Part shown: piece after piece, positions 19,956 through 29,945 of the stretch | Numbering within the stretch: the first letter of the stretch is position 1 | Layout: the number at the start of each line of letters is the position of its first letter | NCBI GenBank assembly: GCA_947448415.1 | Contig: CANFMT010000002.1 | Span: 62,698 to 126,697, forward strand | DNA length: 64,000 nt | Reading direction: 5' to 3' | Source of the DNA: Burkholderiaceae bacterium | GTDB taxonomy: Bacteria > Pseudomonadota > Gammaproteobacteria > Burkholderiales > Burkholderiaceae | Notes under the pieces: generated by a model | What the model saw: only the letters and a program-made list of their open reading frames with translations | What the model was told of the DNA's origin: nothing | Databases searched by the model: none | Position numbers and translations under genes: made by a program

Positions 19956-21533
19956 TCAAGCAGCTAGTGCAGGTTCGCTTTCGACAACTGAGGAGCGAAT
20001 GAGGTAATCAAATGCACCTAAGGACGCTTTAGCACCTTCACCCATGGCGATGATGATTTGCTTGTATGGAACGGTGGTGCAATCTCCGGCAGCAAATACG
20101 CCTGGCATAGAAGTTTCTCCCTTGGGATCCACAATAACTTCACCATGTTTTGATAACTCAATAGTGCCTTTTAGCCAATCGGTATTCGGCAACAAGCCAA
20201 TTTGGACAAAGATTCCTTCTAGTTCAATGCTGTGCAAGGTATCGTTAGTTCGATCCTGGTAGCGCAAGCCGCTAACCTTGTTACCATCACCAATAACCTC
20301 TTTTGTCAGAGCGCTCTTGATGATAGTGACGTTAGGCATACTATTTAACTTGGTTTGCAATATAGCGTCAGCTCGCAATTTACTATCAAACTCAATTAAA
20401 GTGACGTGGCTCACGATGCCGGCGAGATCAATTGCCGCCTCTACGCCGGAGTTACCGCCACCAATAACCGCCACACGCTTGCCTTTGAACAGCGGGCCAT
20501 CACAATGAGGGCAATATGCAACACCCTTGCCACGATATTCCTGCTCACCCGGAACATTCATTTCTCTCCAGCGAGCGCCTGTACTAATGATGACCGACTT
20601 ACTTTTAAGTATCGCGCCATTTGCTAGCTCAATGTCAACACCGTGAGAAGACTGACGTAAGGCAGTAGCCCGTTGCAAATTCATGATGTCCACTTCATAG
20701 CTCTTCACGTGTTGCTCAAGAGCTTGAACTAACTTTGGACCTTCGGTGTGCTCTACAGAGATGAAGTTTTCAATTCCCAAGGTATCCATTACCTGTCCAC
20801 CAAAGCGTTCAGCGATGATGCCAGTCCGAATTCCCTTACGTGCAGCGTAAATAGCCGCAGCAGCGCCGGCTGGGCCTCCACCTACCACTAAAACATCATA
20901 AGGGTCCTTAGCTGAAAGTTTTGCAGCTTCTTCCTTAGGCGTAGAGGTATCGAGCTTAGCCATAATTTCTTCCACACTCATGCGACCTTGGCCGAATGCT
21001 TCACCATTCACGATGACGGTTGGTACTGCCATGATTTGATGTTGATCTACCAGGCCTTGAAAAAGTGCTCCATCAATCATCTCGTGTTCAATATTGGGAT
21101 TGAGTGCAGCCATCAAGTTCAGGGCTTGAACAACATCTGGGCAGTTGTGGCATGACAGCGAAATAAATGTCTGAAAGTGTAATTTGCCATCTAACTTGCC
21201 AATGCGATCCAAGACTTCCTGTTCTACTTTTGGTGGATAGCCACTAGCTTGCAAAATGGCCAAAATGAACGAGGTCATTTCGTGACCCATTGGCAGGCCG
21301 GCAAAAGTAATGCGAGCTTTACTATCTGTCTTGCCAACGGTAAAGCTTGGAACGTGCTCAGCATTACCGTCAGTCTTAACGGTAATCTTGTCTGATTGTT
21401 CGGCTACCTCATTTAAGAGTTCTAGCATCTGCACGGAACTATCTCCGTTATCTAGGCTAGCTACGAGAACGATTGGGCTAACAATCTTTTCAAAGTAAAC
21501 CTTTAATTGAGATTTGATATTGGTATCGAGCAT
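19956..21533 (-). CDS. ahpF: Alkyl hydroperoxide reductase subunit F
   Basis: SCHNCPD, GGGPAG, YCPHCDG, GGGNSG. Downstream of ahpC. Confidence 0.97.
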   Translation of the reverse strand: MLDTNIKSQLKVYFEKIVSPIVLVASLDNGDSSVQMLELLNEVAEQSDKITVKTDGNAEHVPSFTVGKTDSKARITFAGLPMGHEMTSFILAILQASGYPPKVEQEVLDRIGKLDGKLHFQTFISLSCHNCPDVVQALNLMAALNPNIEHEMIDGALFQGLVDQHQIMAVPTVIVNGEAFGQGRMSVEEIMAKLDTSTPKEEAAKLSAKDPYDVLVVGGGPAGAAAAIYAARKGIRTGIIAERFGGQVMDTLGIENFISVEHTEGPKLVQALEQHVKSYEVDIMNLQRATALRQSSHGVDIELANGAILKSKSVIISTGARWREMNVPGEQEYRGKGVAYCPHCDGPLFKGKRVAVIGGGNSGVEAAIDLAGIVSHVTLIEFDSKLRADAILQTKLNSMPNVTIIKSALTKEVIGDGNKVSGLRYQDRTNDTLHSIELEGIFVQIGLLPNTDWLKGTIELSKHGEVIVDPKGETSMPGVFAAGDCTTVPYKQIIIAMGEGAKASLGAFDYLIRSSVVESEPALAA

Positions 21534-21631
21534 GATGATTTCCTTGGAAATATTTAGGTGAGTCTATTGGGCAGGATCTGGTCCTCTCCAATAGACTCTC
21601 TTAAAGAGAGTCTATGGATTAACTATTTAAC

Positions 21632-22195
21632 TTAGATCTTGCCTACGAGATCCAAAGAAGGAGTCAATGTTGCTGCGCCTTCTTTCCACTTAGCTGGGCA
21701 AACTTCACCAGGGTGAGCGGCTGTGTACTGAGCTGCTTTCAACTTACGCAATGTTTCAGAAACATCGCGAGCGATTTCATTAGAGTGAATTTCTGCAGTC
21801 TTGATCATGCCTTCTGGGTTGATGATGAATGTGCCGCGCAATGCCAAACCTGCTTCAGGAATGTGAACGCCAAAAGCATTTGTTAATGTGTGTGTTGGAT
21901 CGCCAACGAGTGGGAACTTTGCTTTACCAACAGCAGGAGATGTCTCATGCCAAACTTTGTGTGAGAAATGGGTGTCGGTTGTTACGATATAAACTTCAGC
22001 ACCTAATTTTTGGAATTCAGCATAGTTCTCTGCTGCATCTTCAATTTCTGTTGGGCAGTTAAAAGTAAACGCTGCTGGCATGAAAATCAAAACTGACCAA
22101 TGGCCCTTGAGGGTTTCGTCAGTAACAGTTACAAACTTGCCATTGTGGAAAGCTTCGGTTTTAAATGGTTGAACTGCGGTGTTAATAATGGACAT
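21632..22195 (-). CDS. ahpC: Alkyl hydroperoxide reductase subunit C (peroxiredoxin)
   Basis: FTFNCPTE peroxidatic Cys, GEVCPAKW resolving Cys, C-terminal LDLVGKI. Confidence 0.97.
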   Translation of the reverse strand: MSIINTAVQPFKTEAFHNGKFVTVTDETLKGHWSVLIFMPAAFTFNCPTEIEDAAENYAEFQKLGAEVYIVTTDTHFSHKVWHETSPAVGKAKFPLVGDPTHTLTNAFGVHIPEAGLALRGTFIINPEGMIKTAEIHSNEIARDVSETLRKLKAAQYTAAHPGEVCPAKWKEGAATLTPSLDLVGKI

Positions 22196-22239
22196 ACTGT
22201 GCTCCTTGTTTGGTTAATCGGTATATAACAACAGCCCCT

Positions 22240-22305
22240 ATTTTGAGCCTCATATATTTATTTGTCTAATGAATAAATTTAATATTTGTTATCTAAAATA
22301 TCGAT
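22240..22305 (-). promoter_or_regulatory. ahpC promoter with OxyR-type operator
   Basis: On the minus strand, ATCG-N7-AGAT-N7-ATTA-N7-TCAT (22305-22269) abuts -35 TAGACA, followed by N17 and -10 CAAAAT. This matches the spacing of OxyR-activated promoters. Confidence 0.65.
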
Positions 22306-22408
22306 AACAAATAGAGGCCTTTACAAGCCCAAAATAGCTATAGAAAACAGGCAACTGGCAAATTTAGGCTATTAATCCTGATGAAGTTTTGATTGATAAT
22401 CTTGCTTT

Positions 22409-23212
22409 ATGAAATATTTTGCGAATCTTATCTTCTGTGCTTTTATGGCGACTGCCCATGCCGAAGATTTGTTGGTGCCCATTTCAAAATTCGATAACGA
22501 TTCTCAGCAGCTATCAAAAGAGCGAGTTTTGGAATTTTGGGCGTATCACGATTACCAGGGCAACGATCAATACCAAAATACTCTGAAGTTACGTTATTAC
22601 AACCCTCTCGAGGGGGATGATTGGCGCGGACGTATCCGTTTGGATACCTCGTATGTTGCAAACTACAACTCAAATTCCACTTCAAATAACTCGGGACAAT
22701 ATAGCTCCGGCAACACTATGTTGACTGTATGGGGGCAGGATAAGACCTTCTTAAAGTCTTTGGGAGCATTAGTTGGTGGGAGGGTGATTTTCCCCTTTGG
22801 AAATAACGGCCAGTGGGCGGTAGGGCCCCAATTAAGTTGGACCTTCTCACCCCAGGTTGATTCAATGCTTCATGTTACGGACTTCTCCCCATTGATTCGT
22901 TATATGTATGGTTTTGATACCAAAAATAATAGCCTTACCGTTAATCCAAGTCAGCCACCTCTTCAAAGGAGTCTGCAATTATTTCCGACCTTGGGTTTTC
23001 AGTTGGCGCCGAACACTCTGTTGCGTTTTTGGGATGAGAACGGAGCGGTCTACAACTCAGCGGGGGGTGGCTGGTTTGTTCCGATTGACGCAATGGTTTC
23101 CCATCGACTTTCAAAGAATTGGGTTTTTGCGGTGGGCGCTAGTAAGCAGGTTGTACAAACTTATAAGCAGTACGACTGGTCTTCTTACGCAAAAATATCC
23201 TTCAATTTTTAG
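22409..23212 (+). CDS. Putative outer-membrane beta-barrel protein
   Basis: Signal peptide (AHA|E), amphipathic beta-strands, C-terminal YAKISFNF BAM-type motif. Confidence 0.72.
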   Translation: MKYFANLIFCAFMATAHAEDLLVPISKFDNDSQQLSKERVLEFWAYHDYQGNDQYQNTLKLRYYNPLEGDDWRGRIRLDTSYVANYNSNSTSNNSGQYSSGNTMLTVWGQDKTFLKSLGALVGGRVIFPFGNNGQWAVGPQLSWTFSPQVDSMLHVTDFSPLIRYMYGFDTKNNSLTVNPSQPPLQRSLQLFPTLGFQLAPNTLLRFWDENGAVYNSAGGGWFVPIDAMVSHRLSKNWVFAVGASKQVVQTYKQYDWSSYAKISFNF

Positions 23213-23282
23213 AATTGAAGGGTGATTGATCAAGCAAACGTAAGTCCTCATTCATTGGTTTGGGGCGCTACATTGCGTCTAA

Positions 23283-23297
23283 TTTCATAATGTGAAA
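23283..23297. promoter_or_regulatory. Palindromic operator-like site
   Basis: TTTCATAATGTGAAA in the 300-bp intergenic region upstream of the 23512 operon. Confidence 0.4.
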
Positions 23298-23511
23298 AAT
23301 TATTTAGCAATCCAATCTATACCTAGGAATTAGAGAGGTTAATTGGGTTTAAAGGTTAAAATTTCATGCGTTTTTGGTAATTTTCCTAAATAAATCATTT
23401 AGATACTGAATGCTCACTTAGTTTGAATAAAGCGCCACGTGCGATTTGCATCCTCTAGTGATTGCTTTATAGATCCCGATTAATGATTAACCTAACTCCA
23501 GTGATGTTTTT

Positions 23512-24330
23512 ATGAACAAAAAAATTGTTGCACCCCTTTTAGTGGCTTTTATTTCATTTGTATTTCTGAGTGCTGCACAAGCGCAAGATGCGCTCACACC
23601 TATTCCAAAGGTATCAAATGAGTGGCAGTTTGAAGTTACTCCATATTTATGGGCGCCCTCAATTAGTTCAACTCTGAACTACAAAGGTCAATATCTTAAT
23701 ACTGCCGACTTGAATGCGAATAATGTGATTAGCAATCTTAAGTCCGGCGGAATGATTTCAGGTGAGGCCCGCTATGGTAACTGGGGAATCATGGCGGATA
23801 TGGTATCGGCAACCTTGCAAAAATCTGGTACTACACCAGTAACTCCTGCTCCAGGGCAAACATTTCAGTTGGCGTATAAGCCTACCCTCCAAGAAACCAT
23901 TTTGACTGGTGCCGCAACGTATAACTTGCTTACCAATACAAATGCTACCTTGGATGGTTTGGTAGGTGTTCGTTGGATTGGTATGACCGCCACTCTTAAT
24001 CTTGCGGCTAATGGGACAAATTATTCCCTGAGCGACTCTAAGACTATGAGCACTGTAGATCCGATTGTGGGTTTTAAAGGACGCTACCGTATTGCAGATT
24101 CGACCTGGTATGTCCCCTTCTACGCAGATATTGGCGGCGGTGGCGGTACGACCAACATGACTTGGCAGGCGATTGCTGGTATTGGCAAGACAATTGAGAA
24201 ATGGGTTGATGTTGCTTTGGTTTATCGCGGGCTTTACTACGATATGAGCACATCAAAGACTAACGGTCAGGGCCTGCTCCAAAAGACTACCTTTCAGGGC
24301 CCGCAGTTATCCGCGACATTCCGCTTCTAA
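23512..24330 (+). CDS. Putative outer-membrane beta-barrel protein
   Basis: Signal peptide (AQA|Q), WQFEVTPYLW, DPIVG, YADIGG, TWQ, C-terminal GPQLSATFRF. Confidence 0.78.
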   Translation: MNKKIVAPLLVAFISFVFLSAAQAQDALTPIPKVSNEWQFEVTPYLWAPSISSTLNYKGQYLNTADLNANNVISNLKSGGMISGEARYGNWGIMADMVSATLQKSGTTPVTPAPGQTFQLAYKPTLQETILTGAATYNLLTNTNATLDGLVGVRWIGMTATLNLAANGTNYSLSDSKTMSTVDPIVGFKGRYRIADSTWYVPFYADIGGGGGTTNMTWQAIAGIGKTIEKWVDVALVYRGLYYDMSTSKTNGQGLLQKTTFQGPQLSATFRF

Positions 24331-24348
24331 AATTTCTTGCGTACTTTT

Positions 24349-25230
24349 ATGAAAAATAATCTCAAAATAGCAGCGATAACGGTATCTGCTTTTGTATTTT
24401 TGTCTTCTAGTTTTGCCCAAGAAATTCCTGCGCGCTCTGGAACGGTTGCTGTTGAAAAATCTGGTTCAGTAGCCCCTACCAAGGCAGCTGAATCTGCTGA
24501 GGACATTGGCAAGAAGTTGGCCAATCCAATTGCCAATATGATCTCTGTTCCGCTGCAGTATGAATTTAGCCGTGGTGTAGGCGCAAATCAAGGCGGATCT
24601 GAGCAAACTCTCTTGTTCCAGCCGGTGATGCCATTTAACTTGGGTGGTGGCGATACTTTTATTGTGCGACCAATTGTGGCTGGCGTGAGAGAAGTCAGTG
24701 TTCAGGGCGCCCCTGGTAGCGCACCATTTTCTGGTTATGGCATTTCAAGCGTGACTATCGAGTCTTTCTATGCCCCCAACACTAATTCTTCTTGGATTTG
24801 GGGTGTTGGTCCATACGCCCAATCACCCTCAGGAAATAGCGGTAAGTTTGGCTCGCAGCAGACGGGTGCTGGTATTACGGGGGTAGTACTCAATCGCCAA
24901 GGCCCTTGGACTTATGGATTACTCGGCTATCAATCATGGAATGTAGGCGGTGATCCTACTTATGGCACTCAAAACAATTTATATGGCCAGCCCTTTCTTG
25001 CATACACCACTAAGACAGCGTGGACTTACACGGCCAACATGCAAGCGCAATACAACTACGATGCACATCGGACTACCAATCCACTTTACGTAGGCGTATC
25101 CAAGGTTGCAGTGTTTGATGGGGTACCAATTTCTTTTGGCGCAGGTCCAATCTATTACGTTAGCAATACTCCTGGCGGTCCATCCGGTTGGGGTGCTCGC
25201 GCTACAGTTACCCTTGTTATTCTCAAGTAA
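24349..25230 (+). CDS. Putative outer-membrane beta-barrel protein (LANPIA..ISVP family)
   Basis: Signal peptide (SFA|Q), KKLANPIANMISVPLQ, WIWGVGP, C-terminal GWGARATVTLV. Confidence 0.75.
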   Translation: MKNNLKIAAITVSAFVFLSSSFAQEIPARSGTVAVEKSGSVAPTKAAESAEDIGKKLANPIANMISVPLQYEFSRGVGANQGGSEQTLLFQPVMPFNLGGGDTFIVRPIVAGVREVSVQGAPGSAPFSGYGISSVTIESFYAPNTNSSWIWGVGPYAQSPSGNSGKFGSQQTGAGITGVVLNRQGPWTYGLLGYQSWNVGGDPTYGTQNNLYGQPFLAYTTKTAWTYTANMQAQYNYDAHRTTNPLYVGVSKVAVFDGVPISFGAGPIYYVSNTPGGPSGWGARATVTLVILK

Positions 25231-25257
25231 TACTTTCTTAAATATCAGGATTTGAAT

Positions 25258-26964
25258 ATGAAATTCGTACCAAAGTTAATTTCCACTTTATTGATGGCGC
25301 AATGTGCATTAGTTTTTGCTAAAGGCAATGCCGATACCATTTTTTATGGTGGCCCAATTGTTACCGTCAATGCTAAGAACGAAGAAGTTCAAGCTCTCGC
25401 AGTTCAAAATGGCAAGATTGTTGCTGTAGGCACTAAAGATACGGTGACAAAGGAATGGCAATCAAATAGCACCAAAGTGGTTGATCTTAAGGGTCAAACA
25501 TTGATGCCTGGATTTGTTGAGCCCCATGTACATATTATTGTGACTTCAGTATTTGAAGGTTTGGGTCTGAATTTAAGTAATTTCACATTACCTTATGACA
25601 CCAAAGAGACCTTGAGTAAAAAAATGAAGGCTGCCCTTAAGGATGTGCCTGCTGGCGGCTGGTTGTTTGGGTTTGGTGTAGACCCATCGCGCACCACACC
25701 TTTTATGGCCGAGTTAACTGCTGATGATTTGGATACAGTGTCTAAAGACGTTCCTATTTTCATCGTGAATCAATCTGGCCACATTGGATACGTCAACCAT
25801 AAGGCCTTGGAATTAGCTGGCGTTACCGATAAAACACCAAATCCCGCTGGCGGCGGTATTTTCGTGAAAGATGCAAAAGGTAAGCTCACTGGAAAATTAG
25901 TTGAGCCACCTTCTTATTTACCATTTATGGCCAAGATGCCAGCCCCAACTGAAGCGCAATTAATTGGCGCTATTCAGGGCACCTTGAAGAAGATGGCATC
26001 AACTGGTGTCACAACTGCTTCCGAGATGAGTGTTGGTGGTAATTTTGGTGTAGACAAAGAAGTAGCGATCTACAAGTCAATTTTTGCAAAAAATGCTTCG
26101 CCTATTCGTATACGCGGCTATTTATTTAGCGAGTCTATGCCAACAGGAAAAACATCTCTTAAGCCAAACGAGGGTGATGACCAGTTACGTTTTATTGGTA
26201 TCAAATATATCTCTGATGGATCTACTCAAGGCTTAACAGCTGCATTAAAGGACCCATACACTTATCCAAAAAATTCAAAATGGAGTGGAGCTCTCAATTT
26301 CAAGGATGCTGATATTTATGCTTCTATGAAAGGCTTCTTTGATCAAGGTTGGCAAATTTCTACCCATGCGAATGGCGATAAAGCCATCGAGCAAACATTG
26401 AATAGCTATTCAAAGGTCTTGACTGGCGATGCCAAAGCGCAGGATCGTCGTTTGCGTATTGAGCATTTCACAGTAAACAACGAAGCTCAGGTTAAAAAAG
26501 CAGTGCAGTTGGGTGTAATTCCAAGTTTTACGATTGGCCACGTTGATTATTGGGGTTCTGCATTTAATAATGAAATCATTGGCGCAGATCGTGCAAAGCG
26601 GATAGACCCAGCTGGCGATTTCAAGCGTGCAGGTGGTAAATTTACGCTGCATAGTGATAGTCCAGTATCAAATGTGGGTCCCTTAAACTATATTAGCGAA
26701 GAAGTAACGCGCTTATGGCAGTTGCCACCACAAAAGGTATTGGGACCTGACCAGGCTGTATCAGTCGATGATGCAATTCGCGCAGTAACAATTGATGCGG
26801 CATATCAACTCTTTGCTGACAATATTGTTGGAAGTTTAGAAGTTGGTAAGCAGGCGGACTTAGTGGTTCTCGAAAAGAATCCACGCACAACGCCTCCTGC
26901 TGATATTCGCAATATTAAGGTTAATGGCACATGGGTTGACGGAAAGCCTGTTAGCCTCAAGTAA
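25258..26964 (+). CDS. Exported amidohydrolase (Amidohydro_3/YtcJ-like)
   Basis: Signal peptide, PGFVEPHVH, SGH, K..SDGS, HANGD, RIEH, HSDSP, GSLEVGKQAD. Confidence 0.9.
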   Translation: MKFVPKLISTLLMAQCALVFAKGNADTIFYGGPIVTVNAKNEEVQALAVQNGKIVAVGTKDTVTKEWQSNSTKVVDLKGQTLMPGFVEPHVHIIVTSVFEGLGLNLSNFTLPYDTKETLSKKMKAALKDVPAGGWLFGFGVDPSRTTPFMAELTADDLDTVSKDVPIFIVNQSGHIGYVNHKALELAGVTDKTPNPAGGGIFVKDAKGKLTGKLVEPPSYLPFMAKMPAPTEAQLIGAIQGTLKKMASTGVTTASEMSVGGNFGVDKEVAIYKSIFAKNASPIRIRGYLFSESMPTGKTSLKPNEGDDQLRFIGIKYISDGSTQGLTAALKDPYTYPKNSKWSGALNFKDADIYASMKGFFDQGWQISTHANGDKAIEQTLNSYSKVLTGDAKAQDRRLRIEHFTVNNEAQVKKAVQLGVIPSFTIGHVDYWGSAFNNEIIGADRAKRIDPAGDFKRAGGKFTLHSDSPVSNVGPLNYISEEVTRLWQLPPQKVLGPDQAVSVDDAIRAVTIDAAYQLFADNIVGSLEVGKQADLVVLEKNPRTTPPADIRNIKVNGTWVDGKPVSLK

Positions 26965-26994
26965 TTGATTTAGTGGCAAATGCTTAATACACAC

Positions 26995-27021
26995 GACACC
27001 CGCTTTGGCGGGTGTCTTTTT
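26995..27021 (+). terminator. Rho-independent terminator
   Basis: GACACCCGC-TTTG-GCGGGTGTC-TTTTT. Confidence 0.85.
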
Positions 27022-27103
27022 AATTGCTACCTGACTTACCCCAATTGTTAAGCGTGACTACCTCGGTATCATGTTTAAAGCCTGACTCACCCTAGGAATT
27101 CTC

Positions 27104-28897
27104 ATGAATCTCAAGTCCAAATTTATTTATCTCAGCGTTATTGGCCTCTTTTCTTCATTCGCCAGCGCTGTCCAATTGATTGATCCTCCATCCACTCCGA
27201 AGCTTTCAAATATTACTGTTTTTGTAGCTAAAAAAGTGGTGACAATGGATCCAGCAATTCCTACGGCAACCGCGGTAGCAGTGGCTGATGGCCGTATTTT
27301 GTCAGTGGGCTCGTTAGCGGATATGAAGCCTTGGACCGATAAGTATCCAACTCAAATTAACAAACAGTTTGCGGACAAAGTTATTTATCCGGGATTCGTT
27401 GAGCCTCATGCCCATGTCTTGTTAGGAGGAATCTTATTTAATAAGCCAATGCTCACGCCTTCACCAATGCCAAACCCTTGGGGCCCCTCATTTGCAGGCG
27501 TGCCTAATGTGCAAGCAGCTATGGATGCTTTAAAGAAGTATTCCGCTGATATTAAAGATCCCAATAAAACACTTTTAGTGTGGGGATGGGACGAAGTGGC
27601 TATGGGTAGAGTCCCTGACCGACAGTTATTAGATCAAGTCTCTGCAACTCGACCAATTATTATTTGGAATGGTTCTGGGCATGACATGTATGTCAATAGC
27701 GGTACGATTAATCACTATGGCATTACTCCAGACAAAGTAAAAGACATTGCAGGTGTTGGTATTGATAAGAATGGTCAGCTTAATGGACGGTTTATCGATC
27801 TGGCTGCTGAAATGTACCTGCTCAAGCTTGCTGGCAAGGATATTCTCAAGCCAAATGAGGTGCCCAATGATTACCTCTACATGAGTGATCTCATGCAGCA
27901 GGCGGGCATTACTACTACTGGTGACTTAGCTTTTGGGTCACTTGATTTTGATGCGGAGTTAAAAGTTGCTCAAGCTTTTTCTAAATCTCCTGCTAGCTCT
28001 ATTCGAGTAGTGCCAGTAATTTATGCCGATCCATTTAAAGCCAAATTTGGTGACAAGACAATCCAAGAGGCTTTAAGTTTGAATCAGTATGACAATGATC
28101 AACTGATTTTCCAAGGCGTCAAATTTTATAGCGATGCTGGCTACATGCCTGAAACGATGCGCATGGAGCATCCTAGTTTTGTGAATGGCACTATTGGACA
28201 ATCTACCTACAAATCCGCCCAAGAATTTTCTGCTGCTATGAAGCCTTGGTGGGATGCTGGCTTTCATATTCATGTACATAGCAATGGTGACATCGGCAAT
28301 CAGCACACCATTAACGCCTTGCAGCTTTTACAAGATTCCAAGCCGCGCTTTGATCACCGTTTCACAGTAAATCATTTTGGTATTCCGTCAACTGCTATGG
28401 TCTTTAAGATTAAGGCATTGAATGCAGTGGTAAGCGCTAACATCACTTATGTCTCTGAGCGTGCAAAACTTCAATATGCAGCTCTTGGTATGGATCGTGC
28501 TTCTTATGCTACTCGTGTTGGAACCCTAGTCCGCAACGGCATCGTTACCTCTATTCACTCAGATGCCCCAGTTGCAGCCCCTGATCCTTTGAAAGAAGCC
28601 TGGACAGTAGTTACTCGTCGTGATGTTTATAACGACAGCAAAGTATGGGCCCCTGCAGAAGCTGTGTCTTCAGCGGAAGCTATGAAAATGATCACCATTA
28701 ATGCCGCTTACACCCTAGGTGTAGAGGATAAGGTTGGATCTATAGAGCCTGGGAAATATGCTGATTTTGCAGTTCTCAATTCTGATCCCCAAACAGTTCC
28801 TGCAATCAACATTAAAGATGTTGGGGTGTACGCAACTGTCTTAGGTGGCAAGGTTATTCCTGTGTCAGAAACTAAAAAACCGAGACCTTTGAATTAA
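27104..28897 (+). CDS. Exported amidohydrolase (Amidohydro_3/YtcJ-like), second paralogue
   Basis: Signal peptide (ASA|V), PGFVEPHAH, SGH, HSNGD, VNH, HSDAP, GSIEPGKYAD. Confidence 0.9.
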   Translation: MNLKSKFIYLSVIGLFSSFASAVQLIDPPSTPKLSNITVFVAKKVVTMDPAIPTATAVAVADGRILSVGSLADMKPWTDKYPTQINKQFADKVIYPGFVEPHAHVLLGGILFNKPMLTPSPMPNPWGPSFAGVPNVQAAMDALKKYSADIKDPNKTLLVWGWDEVAMGRVPDRQLLDQVSATRPIIIWNGSGHDMYVNSGTINHYGITPDKVKDIAGVGIDKNGQLNGRFIDLAAEMYLLKLAGKDILKPNEVPNDYLYMSDLMQQAGITTTGDLAFGSLDFDAELKVAQAFSKSPASSIRVVPVIYADPFKAKFGDKTIQEALSLNQYDNDQLIFQGVKFYSDAGYMPETMRMEHPSFVNGTIGQSTYKSAQEFSAAMKPWWDAGFHIHVHSNGDIGNQHTINALQLLQDSKPRFDHRFTVNHFGIPSTAMVFKIKALNAVVSANITYVSERAKLQYAALGMDRASYATRVGTLVRNGIVTSIHSDAPVAAPDPLKEAWTVVTRRDVYNDSKVWAPAEAVSSAEAMKMITINAAYTLGVEDKVGSIEPGKYADFAVLNSDPQTVPAINIKDVGVYATVLGGKVIPVSETKKPRPLN

Positions 28898-28920
28898 TCC
28901 ACCTTTTAGGGGTTGATAAC

Positions 28921-28957
28921 AAAGCCAGCCTTTGGATCATTCCAGATGGTTGGCTTT
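28921..28957. terminator. Hairpin between convergent genes, probable bidirectional terminator
   Basis: AAAGCCAGCC..TGGA-TCAT-TCCA..GGTTGGCTTT. Confidence 0.55.
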
Positions 28958-28968
28958 ATTTATTTTGA

Positions 28969-29646
28969 TTAATCAAAAACTACCACCCCTGAAATCAGGT
29001 TGATTGCCAGGGCAAGCAAAGAGGCATTAAAAGCAAATGCCACCAACCCTTGAATCATGACCAAGAAACGCATTCTGGAGTTGGCAATATTGACGTCTGC
29101 TGTTTGGCAGGTCATGCCAATGACCATTGAGAAGTATAGAAAGTCTACATAAGTAGGCTTTGTTTTAGATGCAAATAACAGAGGGGGTTCCCCACTTTTT
29201 GTATATTCCTGATAGTAGGAATGTGCATAGTGCAAAGCAAAGGCAGTGTGTACAAAAAACCAAGAGACAGAATATGTACCCAAAACTAATACGATGTACT
29301 TAATAGCCGATGCGGGTGATAGCCCTTTAACTTCCGACAAAATAAATACTATCGAAATGAGGCTGGCTATAGCCCCAAAAATAATGATGAGCAGGATAGT
29401 AGTAGCACCATCATCTTCTTTTTTGGCGAGAGTGAGAATGTCTTCTTCTGCAGAGAAATACATCATGCAATAACTAAATGCTAGATATAGTATTCCGGTA
29501 ACCATCCAAGTGAGGGCTAAGCGAGCCGCCAACGGCGTCTCTGATGTGAGTAGTAAAAAGGTCACCAGCCCAGCAGTTGCGGCGGTAGCGAGTCTTAGGG
29601 TGGCGCTAATATAGTGCCAATGTTGGGTCCAGTGGATTGATTTCAT
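28969..29646 (-). CDS. DUF1345-family membrane protein
   Basis: SWFFVHTAFALHYAH, PTYVDFLYFS.VIGMTCQTAD, FAFN. Confidence 0.85.
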   Translation of the reverse strand: MKSIHWTQHWHYISATLRLATAATAGLVTFLLLTSETPLAARLALTWMVTGILYLAFSYCMMYFSAEEDILTLAKKEDDGATTILLIIIFGAIASLISIVFILSEVKGLSPASAIKYIVLVLGTYSVSWFFVHTAFALHYAHSYYQEYTKSGEPPLLFASKTKPTYVDFLYFSMVIGMTCQTADVNIANSRMRFLVMIQGLVAFAFNASLLALAINLISGVVVFD

Positions 29647-29741
29647 TGAGGCTCTAGTATGCACCGAAAATTGAGCGCATTAGCCCACCCTAAGCTTGTT
29701 GAGCAGAGGTTTCTAGTGGAAAATGTCAGGAGTTAATATAT

Positions 29742-29906
29742 ATGGGGGTCGGAGTGCGCAAGAATTCGCGAAGTTGGGGTGTGGCTGTTGGCGTGTGCTT
29801 CATTATTGTGGCGTGTGTCATTGCGTATATAAGCACCAAACCAGCAGAAGCTGATGTATCAATATTAATTAATCCAACTACTTCTTTGATGGTTGGTTAC
29901 GCATAA
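29742..29906 (+). CDS. Small unannotated protein (54 aa) with signal-peptide/TM character
   Basis: AGGAG lies 9 nt upstream of the ATG. Sequence MGVGVRKNSRSWGVAVGVCFIIVACVIAYISTKPAEADVSILINPTTSLMVGYA. Ends 39 nt before the Ntn hydrolase. Absent from the supplied ORF track. Confidence 0.55.
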   Translation: MGVGVRKNSRSWGVAVGVCFIIVACVIAYISTKPAEADVSILINPTTSLMVGYA

Positions 29907-29945
29907 AGTTTTTATTACAGTTAGCAATAAAGATAAGGATAAAAG

